Shown: positions 1 to 12,005 of the stretch, one piece after another
How positions within the stretch are numbered: the stretch's first letter is position 1
Layout of the letters: the number at the start of each line of letters is the position of its first letter
Assembly (NCBI GenBank): GCA_036785375.1
Contig: JAWMAR010000166.1
Span: forward strand, 5,146,001-5,210,000
Direction of reading: 5' to 3'
Length of the DNA stretch: 64,000 bases
Source of the DNA: Leucoraja ocellata
Taxonomy: Eukaryota
Notes under the pieces: generated by a model
The model's database searches: none
Seen by the model: only the letters and a program-made list of their open reading frames with translations
Told to the model about the DNA's origin: nothing
Made by a program: the position numbers and the translations under genes

Positions 1-68
1 AGGTCAAGGGTTCTGGATACCAGCTCATTACCAACTACTCTGTTACTTTCTACTATCATAACTTTAAG

Positions 69-544
69 GTAGACAAAAATGCTGGAGAAACTCAGCGGGC
101 GAGGCAGCATCTATGGAGCGAAGGAAATAGGAAACCCTTCTTCAGACAGATGTGGGGGTACGGGTGTGTGGGGGGGGGGGGGAAGAAGAATGGAAGAGGT
201 GGAGCCAGTGGACTGAGGGAGAGCTGAGAAGGGGAGGAGAAAGCAGGGAATACCTGAAATTAGAGAAGTCAATGTTCATACCGCTGGGGTGTAAACTGCC
301 CAAGCGAAATATGAGGTGCTGCTCCTCCTATTTATGGTGGTTCTCACTTTGGCGATGGAGGAGGCCCAGGACAGAAAGGTCGGATTCGGAATGGGAGGGG
401 GAGTTGAAGTGCTGAGCCACCGGGAGATCGGGTTGGTTATTGCGAACCGAGCAGAGGTGTTCGGCAAAGCGATCGCCAAGCCTACGCTTGCCAGCATTTT
501 TGTCTACCTTTTTATTTTCCAGCATCTGCAGTTCCTTCTTAAAC
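69..544 (-). mobile_element. Truncated Penelope-like retroelement (GIY-YIG endonuclease end plus terminal repeat, with inverted terminal segment)
   Basis: Minus strand reads KRRLGDRFAEHL..VRNNQPDLPVAQHFNSPSH..., then after a disruption EEQHLIFRLGSLHPSGMNIDFSNF. Flanked by ATCATAACTTTAAG at 55-68 and 545-558. Confidence 0.85.
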
Positions 545-900
545 ATCATAACTTTAAGCATCTCTTTCAAGTCACCTATCAGCCTTATTTATGGTAGAAA
601 ACAGTGCTGCAGCCTGTAGGGAAGGAATAGTAAGGATGTCAGTGACTGCTGGAATATTGATGAACGAAATAAAAGACTGATGAAAGAAATGAAACTGAAT
701 TTCTGATCTGACAAACTGATGAATGAAAGAGGACCAGGCATATAGGGAACAGGAGGGAATATTGTGGAGGGAACAGACTGGATCTTCAGACTGAAGATAG
801 GTCCTCGTGTGAAACATGGTCTATTTATTTTTCTCCACAGATGCTGTCTGGCCTGCTGAATTCCTCCAGTGGTTTGTTTTTTAATAGTGGGGTCAGCTAA

Positions 901-1123
901 TGCCCGTCCCACTTAGGAAACCTGAAAGGAAACCTCTGGAGACTTTGCGCCCCACCCAAGTTTTCCGTGCGATTCACTGGGTTTTTTGTCAGTCTCCCTA
1001 CCTGCTTCCACACCTGCAACCTACAGCAACCACCTGCAACCTCCGGGAACCGCACGGAAACCTTGGGTGGGGCGCAAAGTCTCCAGAGGTTTCCGTTCAG
1101 GTTTCCTAAGTGGGACAGGGGCA
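901..1123. mobile_element. PIF/Harbinger-type MITE
   Basis: About 70-bp near-perfect terminal inverted repeats (TGCCC[CT]GTCCCACTTAGGAAACCTGAA...) and a TAA target-site duplication at 898-900 and 1124-1126. Confidence 0.85.
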
Positions 1124-1904
1124 TAACTGAATGTAGTTGAGCTTTTGCTTATTTGGCAGTCTAAATAAAACTGAGCTTAAAATCTCTCCATCCAAACATC
1201 CAGGGGGACAGATATTAATTTGTGAATGATCAGGCATGTGTGCAGAAATTTAAAATTGTCAAAAGAACTAGAAAAATGGATGGTGGAAGTATGAAATAGA
1301 GACAGTAAAATGTGAATGTATTCCTTAGGTTGAGCGGCATCTGTGGAGAAAGAAACAGAGGGAAACTAATAAAAGGACATCAACCTGAAACATTAACTGT
1401 TTCTCTCTCTACAGCTTGTGTCTGTCCTGCTGCATGTTTCGAGCATTTTCTATTTTTAATGTAAACTTATTAACCATTCGGGGGCATTGTTCAGGTCCTT
1501 ATGTTCCTCAGTGTGTCTGTGACTTTGTGCCTATTCTCATGATCACCAGGAGTTCCCGGCAGTCCTATGACGCCCACTGCACATGCCCCTGTAATCGGGT
1601 TGAAGGGCCGGAACTGAGTTGTTACACCATGTTATACCTTTCCTCACATGGGCTTCCGATGCCGTTCTCATCCACTTCACATCAAGTCAAGACCCACCTC
1701 ATGTTGTGTTATTGAAGGAATAATGTTGCAACGAGCAACACTGCAGTAAAATTAACTGCACCTTTATCTGACAAAGGGTTTTTGACTTGAAACGCCAGCT
1801 CCGTTTCTCTTTCCACAGATGCCGCCTGACCTGCTGAGCGTTTTTCAGCTATTTTTGTTTTTATTTCGGATTTTCAGCATCTGTGGTTGATGTTTTGGGG
1901 GATT

Positions 1905-2740
1905 TGAACCTTCAGCTCTCTGCATCCTGATGATTTATACCCATGTCAGCCGCCCTCACACTCTAATGTTCTCATCCCCTAACCCCCATCAGCCCCCGTC
2001 ACCTTCCCTTGGCTCGCTCGTCTTTACAAGAGGTTGATAATATTTGGTCCAAAGCCTTGAGAAAATGGGGCTGCCCCCTTTGCATGGAAGAAGTTCACAG
2101 GGGAAGTTCAAAATGATGGCACATTTGAAAGAGAGCAAATTGTTTCCACTGGCAGTATACTGAAATTTAAAATAGACAACTTAAAAGAACAACATAGGGA
2201 TAGTTAATTTAAAAACACAATGAATTATTATGAACCAGAATTGGATTTAATATCAGTCTGAAAGGAATTTGACAAATAATTGTTTGGAAAAAATTGCTGT
2301 AGGAAATAATAATTGGTAGATCCTACAAAAAGCTAGCGCTGGTATAATGGGTTCAGAAGCCTCATTCACTGCTATTTCATTATGTGGAGATCATCTTGTG
2401 CACTGATTTGGATTTTCACGTACCGTGGTTTCTATGAAGGAGCTGTAAGCAATTGAATAATTGTAGTTGATAATAAAGGAAGTCACAAGCTTGGAGTTAA
2501 CGCAAGAGTTAAATTGACGCTACCAGATCAGATTAATTTCTATAATTTTTAGTTACTTTAATGCAAAGTTATTGAGCTATCAACCCTGCCCCATACACAT
2601 GATGGTCAGACTAATGCATCATAAACATGAACCTTCAGCTCTCTGCATCCTGATGATTTATACCCATGTCAGCCCCCCTCACACTCTAATGCTCTCATCC
2701 CCTAACCCCCATCAACCCCCGTCACCTTCCCTTGGCTCGC
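1905..2740 (+). repeat. 113-bp direct duplication (1905-2017 and 2628-2740)
   Basis: Two copies of TGAACCTTCAGCTCTC...CCCTTGGCTCGC with 3 mismatches. Confidence 0.95.
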
Positions 2741-2929
2741 CCCCCTTCCCTCTACTCACCCTCTCAACTTCTTACACACCATCCCTGCAGCCATATATTT
2801 TATTGGGGTTAAAGACAAGGAAAGAAACCCTGGGATAAATTATTTAGTATACAATGTAAGTGCTCATTCCTGTTGTTAATGAAACATTTGTTTTGTTTTA
2901 GAAGCAGTTCTTGTTGTTGTTTGAACTAT

Positions 2930-5050
2930 ATTCACCAAGGAAAAGGACTTGGAAGACAATGAGATTAGTGTGGGGAATACTAATATGCTTAGTCAGTTTA
3001 AAATCAAGGAGGAGGTGATGTTGGGGCTCTTGAAGAGCATTAAGGTGGATACATTCCCAGGGCCTGATGGGATCTATCCCAGGTTATTGGGAGAGACAAG
3101 CGAGGAGATTACAGGGCCCTGATGTCAATCTTTGTATCTTCTCTGGCAGCAGGAAAGATTCCATAAGACTAGAGAGTAGCCAATGTTGTTCCTTTGTTTA
3201 TGAAGGGAAGTAGAAATAATCCAGGCCTCAAAGCCACACGTTAGTGGTAGAGAAGGTATTAGAGAGGATTGTTCGGGATATGATTTAATCTTATTTGGAA
3301 GGGAATAGGTCAATTAGGGACAGTCAACATGGCGTTCTAGGTTCAAGGGGCAGAATTAGGTTTTAGGAGCAGAATTAGGCCATTCGACCCATCATAGCTG
3401 ATCTACCTTTCCCTCTCAACCCCATTCTCCTGCCTTTTCCCCATAACCCCTGACACCCTTACTGATCAAGAATCTGTCAATATCTGCCTTAAAAATAATC
3501 CTTGACTTAGCCTCCACAGCTATGTGTGGTAATGAATTCCACAAATTCACCACCCTCTGCCTAAATAAATTAGTTCTCATTTCGATCCAGTTCTTTTTAC
3601 TATTTGGTATGTTTCAATGAAGCTCCCCTCCATCATCCTTCTAAACTCCAGCGAGTACAGACTCAGTGCCTTCAAATGCTCATCATATGTTAACCCAATT
3701 ATTTGTGGGATTATTCTTGTATACCTCCTCTGGACCCTCTCCAAGGCCAGCACTTCCTTCCTCAGATATGGGGCTAAACTGCTTTGTCCATGGCAGGTCA
3801 TAGCTTATGAACTCGACTGAGTTTTCTGAGGTGGTGACAAAGGTGATTGACGAGGGTAAAGCAATAGATGTTGTCCACATATATTTTTTGTAAGGCATTT
3901 GATAAAATCTCTCATGGTAGGCTGATCCAGAAAGTTAAGATGCTTGGGATCTACAGTGACTTGGTCATTTGGATTCAGAACTGGCTTAATCATAGAAGAC
4001 TCATAGAGGGTTGTGGTGGAGGGTGTTATTCTGGCTGGAGGTCTGTCACCAGTGGAATTCTGCAGCAATCTGTGCTGGGACCTCTGTTGTTTGATCGGTA
4101 TAAATGATTTTGACCAAAATGTAGAAGAGTTGATGAGTGAGTTTGCAGATTACACCACAATTACTGGAGTCACAGAGCGTGCGGAAGGCTATCAAAGTAT
4201 ACAGCAAGATATAGGTCAGCCACATAAATGGGCAGTGAATTGGCAGACTTGGTTTAATCTGAGTAAGTGTGAGGTGCTGCACTTTGGGACGTTGAATTTA
4301 AGTGGACAGTATATAGTTCATGGCAACTTTAACTGTAGTGATGTATAGAGAGATCTTGAGGTCGAGGTGCATAGCTCCCTGAAAGTGACAACACAAGTAG
4401 ACAGAGAGGTAAATGAATCATAAAGTACGCTTGACTTCATGTCTCAGGGCATTGAGTATCAGTCATGTTGCAGCTTTATAAGACTTACAGGGTTAGGTTT
4501 GGAGTATTGTGTGCAGTTCTGGTCGTCCTATAGCAGGAAGGAAGTGAAGGGTTTGGAGAGGCTGGAGAAGAGGTTTATCAAAATGCTACCTCGATTAGAA
4601 GGTATTATCTAAAAGTAGAGGTTGGATAAATGTGGATTATGTTATCTGGAGAAGAGATGCTGGGGAACAACTCGATAGAAGGATGAGCATCACGAGAGGC
4701 ATAAATAAGGTAAACAGTCAGAACCTTTTTTTCTAGGGTGATAATGTCAAAGGTTAAAGATCATAACTTTAGGGGGGGAGGGGATAAGTTTAACGGACAT
4801 GTTTGGGGCAAGGTTTTTTACACAGAGGTGGTGGGTGCCTGGAACATGCTGCCAGGGGTGGTGGTGGAGACAGATAAAATAATGGCATTTAAGAGGCTTT
4901 TGGATAGGCACACAGATATGCAGGGAATGGAGGGATATCGATCATCTATAGGCAGGTGAAATTAGGTGAACTTGGTGTCATATTCGGCATGGTTATTGTG
5001 GGGTGACGTTTCTGAGCTGTATTCTTTGTTCAATGTAACTACTATGTTCT
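2930..5050 (+). mobile_element. Degenerate CR1 (HER1-like) LINE, RT region and 3' end, interrupted by an antisense CR1 fragment
   Basis: Remnant RT peptides FCKAFDKISHGRLIQK, QQSVLGPLLF, FADYTTI and FNLSKCEVLHFG, with many stops and frameshifts. Confidence 0.88.
3360..3780 (-). mobile_element. CR1 3' fragment nested in opposite orientation
   Basis: Minus-strand APYLRKEVLALERVQRRYTRIIP...LYSLEFRR. It splits the host LINE's SQHG|FVHGRS motif (about 3332 | 3783). Confidence 0.8.
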
Positions 5051-5715
5051 ATATCTCTTAAGACATTATAATTCAGTATTACTCATATCCAGGGCATTAC
5101 TAACACATTAGAACTGCTGCTGTGGATACGCAGTTCAAAATAAATTCTTGGATAGCAGCAGTGTTCTCATTTCGGTAGGTGACTATAGGAGTGTGCCAAT
5201 ATCCACAGGCGTTTCATGGAAGCCTGCCAATGCTTTGGAGGAGATCCTATTAACCGGAAAGCTCAAAGATCCCTCAACTAGTTAAAATCTTTTGCTTTTC
5301 TTGATCCTCTTTGCTTCCTAACTCTCGTGCAGTTTTGAGTCCAGATAATTAAATTACCATTACTAATTGGAAGGTCGACACAGAGGAAGTGTTTTTCAAA
5401 TCAGTTCTGAAAATCCAAGCTGATCCTAGTTACTGAATCCTCATAATTTTCAAAAGTCGCCACCTTTGGAAGAACGGGCTGTTTTGTAAGACAAGATGAT
5501 CATTGTTTTGAGGAACAACTGAATAGCAGAGTGGATGAAAGGAGCCTGTCTTAACCAGGATGGTGGGTGCGTTCTACATCTTTGTTCTTGGCCACCGCTC
5601 ATCACCAAGGCCTGTAGCAACAGGGGACCTTTCCCAGACCTAATGTCCGACAGCACGGACAATAATTGTTCATCATTCCAGCTCAGCATTGTCAAACCTA
5701 CTGCTTAACTTGATG

Positions 5716-5836
5716 TCTGAAGAAGGGCTCTGGCCCGAAACGTCACCTATTCCTTTTCTTCAGAGATGCTGCCTGACCGGCTGAGATACTCCAGCATTTT
5801 GTGTCTATAAACCAGCATCTGCAGTTCCTTCCTACG
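5716..5836 (+). mobile_element. Penelope-derived terminal repeat with hammerhead-like core
   Basis: CTGAAGA-A-GGGCTCTGGCCC-GAAACGTC followed by the shared tail GATGCTGCCTGACC...CTCCAGCATTTTGTGTC...CAGCATCTGCAGTTCC. Confidence 0.75.
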
Positions 5837-5867
5837 CAATGTTTAATTTGAGTTTTTATGAGGTAAG

Positions 5868-6143
5868 GTCGGGGGGAGTTCCCCCCGCCACGGGTACCAT
5901 GTAATCCTGTGCTACCTGCTCCATGGTCGGATAGTCAATGACAAAACCATCTCCCCCACCTGGTTAGCCAGTTGAGGAGGGGCTGTGGACCCCCAGCAGG
6001 ACCAAAAACAAGACCTGTCAAAGGGCGGATGAACTCCTCACGAGCCAACGGCCATCCACACTTCAGTAGAAGTTGCGATCACTGTCGTACATAGTAAGGC
6101 ACTGTGCCCGTTGATGTTTTCAACAATGATGATGATGATGATT
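5868..6143 (+). mobile_element. Unclassified short retroposon with (GAT)n tail, possibly RTE-related
   Basis: GC-richer block in AT-rich context ending ATGATGATGATGATGAT. The family assignment is a guess. Confidence 0.4.
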
Positions 6144-7029
6144 TTATGATTGGTATTGTTTTTCATAATCTCGGGAGAGCGGTCCAAAATTAAAAATGTT
6201 AAATGACTTAAAATTATTAAGTAACAATTTGAAGCCAAAAGTCAAAACACACATTTAAAACAAATAAAATTTTTAAACTAATGTAAATAAATGCAAGTAA
6301 AAAATGTTCACTATCTTTGCGCTAGGGTTTGACCTCCCTTTGACTTCAATCTACCGGCAGTGTGCCAGGGGAACTAGCTGTGGGATCAGCTGATGGATTG
6401 TCCAGCTGGGAACTGGGAAAACTGTATAGGTTTGCACTGCCCCTCGTGGAAGATTTATCCCATTGTGTTTCTTATGAACCTTTTTGGTTCCAAACCTAGA
6501 TAGTTTAAATGAACTCGTACTGATGCCGCATGGAACACCAACGAACGACGGTGTACTGTCATTAAGGGACAGACCAGTCTTTGGTTTCCCAGCCACCAGC
6601 TCCTTCCGTTTGAGTAATCTCGTTCTCTCAGACAAATTCATGGACTTCCTCGAAATACCGGAGTATCAACAATTTCCTTTCTTTCCTTAAGGAATCCATG
6701 ACACATTTCTTCTTATATGCATTCTAGATGATTCAGTCCTTGAAGAACTGCATCACTGACCACTTCCCAGGAGTAAAACAATGCTTCCGTGCCCAAAATT
6801 AGTGCCTGGATTCTCAACCTGGTGATGTGAGATTGTGATCCGATGCACAGACTTTTGTTGTATGGGAGGGGTGAAGTATTTCTACACTGCCTTCTCCATC
6901 CATCAAATGGATAAAGGGGCTCATGTTGTCGACCTCTCCGTGGTGAGCCCTGTCAACTGACCTCAGTCAGGCGAACGACAACAGCAGAGATAATGCATCC
7001 TCAGTTCTTGCAGCTTGCAGCCCAAATGC

Positions 7030-7605
7030 AACCTAGGTCGCCGCGGCTTGGCGCCAACCCGGAGCATGTGCCCTTTTTAGGGCGGGCACCTATGGGTGTC
7101 GAACCGGATGGCATCACCCTGCTGCAGCTGAATGTGGAACGCCTAACCGGGAGCCCGCGGGTCCCTGCTGGAAGACCGCTTTTCGGGGCTTCCGCAACGG
7201 CGACTTCTCCCGCCCGAGTTGCAGGGTTGAAAATTACCTGGAGCGGGGCCTTACATCGCCCAGCGCGGCTTTAAATGGCCGCGGGACTTGCTAGTGCCAG
7301 CCGGGGGGCTCCAACATCAAGACCCGGAGCGCGGCCTTGCATCGCCCGGCGCGGCTTTAATGGCCGCGGGACATTTACCATCACCCGCTGGGGGCTTTGA
7401 CTCTGACATCGGGAGGAGAATGAGGAGAGCAGGGAAGAGATAAGACTTTGCCTTCCATCACAGTGAGGAGGAGATTCACTGTGATGGATGTTTGTGTAAA
7501 TTGTGTTGTGTCTTGGTTCTTTTTCTTGTGTGCATGACTGCAGAAACCAAATTTTGTTTGAACCTCAATGAGGTTCAAATGACACAAATAAATTGTATTG
7601 TATTG
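7030..7605 (+). mobile_element. CpG-rich unclassified retroelement 3' portion with internal repeats and (ATTGT)n tail
   Basis: Two ~50-bp subrepeats (GGAGCG..GCCTT.CATCGCCC.GCGCGGCTTTAA.TGGCCGCGGGAC), a 13-bp hairpin, AATAAA and a microsatellite tail. Its 3' part is homologous to 42700-42908. Confidence 0.65.
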
Positions 7606-8499
7606 GCTACAGCCCTTGGAGGGCGTTACATAACTTCTGCTGCCTCAAACTCAAGAAGAAAAATATATAAAATTCATAGGCAAAAGCTTGGGAACAGCTT
7701 GATTATTTGCCTGTGGAATTATCCATGAAGTAAACGTAACCATGAGCTAAAAAAGTAAGGAAGTTAATTATTTTTATCTGACATGGTTCTAACGGGAGAC
7801 CTCAGATTGTGTCCATTAGCTAATTAGAAGTTCCTATGACTGATTGGAACTGATCATTATATTGATTCAAACTTTTATCTAAACTTAGTTGTACTGATTT
7901 TATTGATGGTGCCCCCATTCCACCATTTATTCTCAAAGAATCTTGTAGCTGACAAATTAGATGTAGTGCTACTGGGGTAAACTACAGGAATCATTTAATT
8001 TGATGCAGCTATGGAATATTTCTTTAGCTTGGTGATTGGCATCAGATGTATTACATCTTCATCCGGTTAATCACTGGGCAATATTTTCCTCTGTTGTGTG
8101 TGTACTAAATACACAGTGAAATGACATGTGCATTGAACTCTGGGTCTGAAATTCAATTGCATTGACATCAGTGTTGACAAATTTTAGAAATTAAGTTCAA
8201 TGTGCAATCATTATCATGCACTTAACTCACAAAATGGAAAGTGATTTCTTACTGTGTCTTTGGTGAACTTCTGCCATACACGTCATATCTATCTAATCAG
8301 TGCAGTCTCTCTCCCAGTCTGTTTGAACCATGATATTTTCATTTAGGCATTTTATAAGAAACAACTTCTGATTAAGTATAAAACTTAATGCAACAATCAA
8401 ATGTAATTTAGTGCCAGGACATGAATACTATTGGAAAAAGGGCAAAACTGGACCTAAGTTTAAGAAATGAAAGCAAGCAAATGGCTGGAGAGCAATTTG

Positions 8500-9885
8500 G
8501 AGATAATAACTATAACTGTGATTTTCAAGTGGGAAAGGTGAACCAGAAAATAAGGTTCTGAATTAGGAGAAGGCTGATTTCAACACTGTAAGACAGGACC
8601 TTGCAAAGGTATACTGGAAGTAACCACTGGTAGGTATGTCTACATTGGAAATGTGAAAGGCGTTCAAAAGTCAAGTGGCAAGAGCTCCAGGCCTGCTGAC
8701 AAATTTGATTGTTTTGTTTGAAAGAGGTAGAAAAGTACATTGATGAGGACAGTGCAGTTGGTGTAATAGATATGAACTTCATGAAAGATTTTGATAAGGT
8801 CCTACAGGGGGAATTAGGCCAAAAAAATCACATACTAATAGGAAACCTGAGGCTAATGAGAGGTAGACAAAAATGCTGGAGAAACTCAGCGGGTGAGGCA
8901 GCATTTATGGACGAAGGAAATGGGCAATGTTTCGGGTCGAAATCCTTCTTCAGACTAATGAAAGAGGGCTGATTTGTCATTGAAAACTAACGATCAGTGG
9001 TGTATATGGTATCCTTACTATTTATTATAAACATAACTATGGATATGAATTTGGATTTGGATCGCAAAGGGCGTTGTTAATAGTGAGCAGGGTTGTTTTA
9101 GGCGAAGGAAGATAATGTTGATTTGTTAAGGTGGGCAAGGTAATAGCAGATGGATTGTGAGGTGATGCACTTCAGGAGGACTAAAAAGGGTAAGACATAC
9201 ACAATGAATGGAAGGTGCTAGAGAGTATTGAGGAACATTGACATTGAGGAGTATTGACAGACATTGGTGTACAAATCCAAAGATTCCTGAAGGTGGCAGC
9301 ATGGGTAGATAAGATGGTTAAGGATGCATATGGGATATGGAATAGAAGAGTAGTGAGGTTATGGGACGACAGTATAAATTATTGGTTAGTACTTACCTGG
9401 AATAAAGTGTGAAAGTCTGGTCACCGCCTTATAGGAAGGATATGATTGCACTGGAGAGGGTGCAGAAGATGTTCCCTGTGATGGTGCATTTCAGTTACGA
9501 GGAGAGACTGGATTTGTTTCTCTTGGAGCAGTGGAGGCAGAGGGGGGCCTGACAGAAGATATGTTAATATAAACCTTCTCCCCATTGCAGAAGTGTCTGA
9601 AGTCAGAGGGCATAGGTTTTAGGTAAGGGGTACAAGGTTTAAATTGAAGCTGAAAGATAATATTCTCACCAAGAGGTAAACTGTAATCTGGAACTGCAGA
9701 AGGAGGTGGTTGAGAAAGAGATTCTCACAGCATTTAAGAAGCAGATATATAAGAATACTTGAATGGTCGAAGCATGGAAGGTTATGAATCAGTGCTGGAA
9801 AATCAGATCAGTGCAGATGGGTACTTGATGGCCAGCAACTTGATGGGCAAAAAAGCCTGTGCTGTGTAACTGCATGATACTATGA
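8500..9885 (+). mobile_element. Old degenerate CR1 LINE with a Penelope-derived repeat (8862-8955, minus) inserted
   Basis: Remnant IDEDSAVGVIDMNFMKDFDKV, plus nucleotide similarity to the younger CR1 copies (tggtcacc...ataggaagga...ctggagagggtgcagaaga). Confidence 0.7.
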
Positions 9886-10319
9886 CCATTCCCATCATCA
9901 ATGCCACATCACCCCCTTCTATCCCATCCCCTGCCTCCCCCTCAATTCATTAAACTTCATCCAAACACTTTGTCACTTCTTGAGGGATTTGTCTAATTGT
10001 CTATCAGCTAACCGACCTGACATAAGTGCCATTTCAGCTGAACTTCCACCTCCCACATTCTGTCATGCATTAAGCCCTGCTCACCCAACCTCAAGTTCCT
10101 CTGGTGCCCTAACATCTCAAACTAAAGACTCTCATGACTCCCATCGTGGCTTACTCCTGACCAGGAGATGGAAACTTTTCCAGAGGTAGGATATTAAACA
10201 AAACAGGAATTGCCAACATTTCATGTCTATTTTGTATTTTGTGTTAGATGTAACGGCATGGGAGAATGCACATGCAGGCCACAAATGTTGGCCTTGAACT
10301 GCTCTGGCCACATTAAAAT

Positions 10320-11255
10320 TGGGACTTTATGTTGCAGTTGTGCAGGGTGTTGGTGAGACCACACTTGGAGTATTAATTTAGTTTAGAGATGCAGCACGGA
10401 AAACCGGCCCTTCGTCCCATTGAGCCCATGCCGACCAACAATTCCCATACACTAACACTATCCTGCACACCAGCGAAAATTTACAATTTCTACCAAAGAT
10501 AAATTAACCCACAAACCTGTACGTCTTTGGAGTGTGGGAGGAAACCGGAGCACCCGGGGAGATCCCACGCTGTCATGGGGAGAACGTGCAAACTCCACAC
10601 AAGCAGCACCTGCAGTCGGGAGCAAACCTGGGACTTTGGCGCTGTAAAGCAGCAACTTGACCGCCGTGCCACCGTGTCAGCCCTATTGTGTTCAATTTTG
10701 GTCACCCTGCTATAGGAATTATGGCATTAAGCTGGAAAGGGTGCAGAGACGATTTACAAAGTTGTTGCCAAGATTCGAGGGACTGAGTTATAGGGAGAGG
10801 CTGGACTGATTTGGCTTGATTTCTTGGAGCATGCGATATTATAAAGGTGTATAAAATCATGTGGAAGCATACACTTTGGCAGCATGATGTTATTCATGTA
10901 GTCTTTGCGTTGACTGGATAGCATGCAAACAAAATCTTCTCACTGTATCTCAGTACACGTGACTATCATAAACTAAACTAAGGTAGGCTGAATGCCCAGT
11001 CTTTTCCCCAGGTAGGGGAATCAAGTACCAGAGTGCTCCATGTTCGTATATGGAGCGATGGAGTGTTATGGCAGCTCAGTTAACACTCGTATATGGAGTG
11101 TTTTATGCAGCTACAATAACAATATTTGAAAGACAATTTGACAGGTACATTTGGAATGGTTCAGAGGGATATGGGCCAAACACCGCAACTGTGACTAGCT
11201 TAGATGGGGCATCTTGTTTGGCGTTGACCAGTTGGGCTGAAGGGCCCGTTTCTGC
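10320..11255 (+). mobile_element. CR1 3' fragment with nested insertions
   Basis: gcagttgtgcagggtgttggtgagaccacacttggagtatt resumes as tattgtgttcaattttggtcaccc after the SINE. Confidence 0.7.
10376..10678 (-). mobile_element. HE1-like tRNA-derived V-SINE
   Basis: tRNA-like head, V-domain (gtgtggagtttgcacgttctcccc...ggtgctccggtttcctcccacactccaaagacgt) and CR1-like tail with (AAACT)n. Confidence 0.85.
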
Positions 11256-11589
11256 ATATCCATTTATTTTACCTTTTCTCCTGCTCCAACATATTTTCTG
11301 TATTCTCCTTCAATTTGGAAAGATGTTGAATGACTTTGGGTTTGTACATTATCCTTTGTGTGATTACCATTCAGTTATATAACAATGTTTTGTTCTATGG
11401 CTGAATGCGAGATGCTTCTTTTTGTGTCTGCATGTTCTGTTTGGAGGGACTTGGCCTTGTTGGTTTGGAGTACCAACCACACAGACCTTCATTCCCGAAC
11501 CACAGTGAAATGAAATGAAATGAACTCTTTGCAAATACATCCAGTTTCTCAAAAGCAGCTCAGCTTGCACCTCTGGAGCTACTGAACCT

Positions 11590-12005
11590 GTGCCTCTCTC
11601 CAGAGACTGAAGGATAAAGTACTGAGGGAGTGATACTTTGTTGAAGTTGCCATCTTGTGAATGAGACATTAAACTGAACACCTCTTTATCCACCCAGGTA
11701 TATCTAAAACAATCCCACATAACTATTCTGAAGGAGAAAAAAATAATTTATCCTCAGTGTCCTGGCTGTTATTTAGACTTCAACCAATATCACTAAAATG
11801 GACAGCCTAGTCATTTGTACGGTTATTTATGAGACTATGCTGAGTACAAAGTGGCTGCCGTGCCTGCTATACTGCAAAGTGCCTGCTTGCTGTACTGCAT
11901 TGATGACTACAAGTTTAAATACCATGACTATACTTTTAAATACCATCACTTTAAAGTGCCTCTTCATTGACAGGAAAGCACTTCAGTTCATGAAGGGCAT
12001 TGTAC
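11590..12005 (+). mobile_element. Ancient SacSINE1-like DeuSINE
   Basis: Resembles recalled Deu-domain consensus (gtactgagggagtg...gccatctt..gatgagacattaaac...gtgtcctggc...caaccaatatcactaaaa). Confidence 0.55.

Noticed and set aside
6340-7000. Coding-like segment with short ORFs on both strands
   Set aside because: Interrupted by stops with no identifiable motif. Possibly an old transposon relic that I cannot classify.
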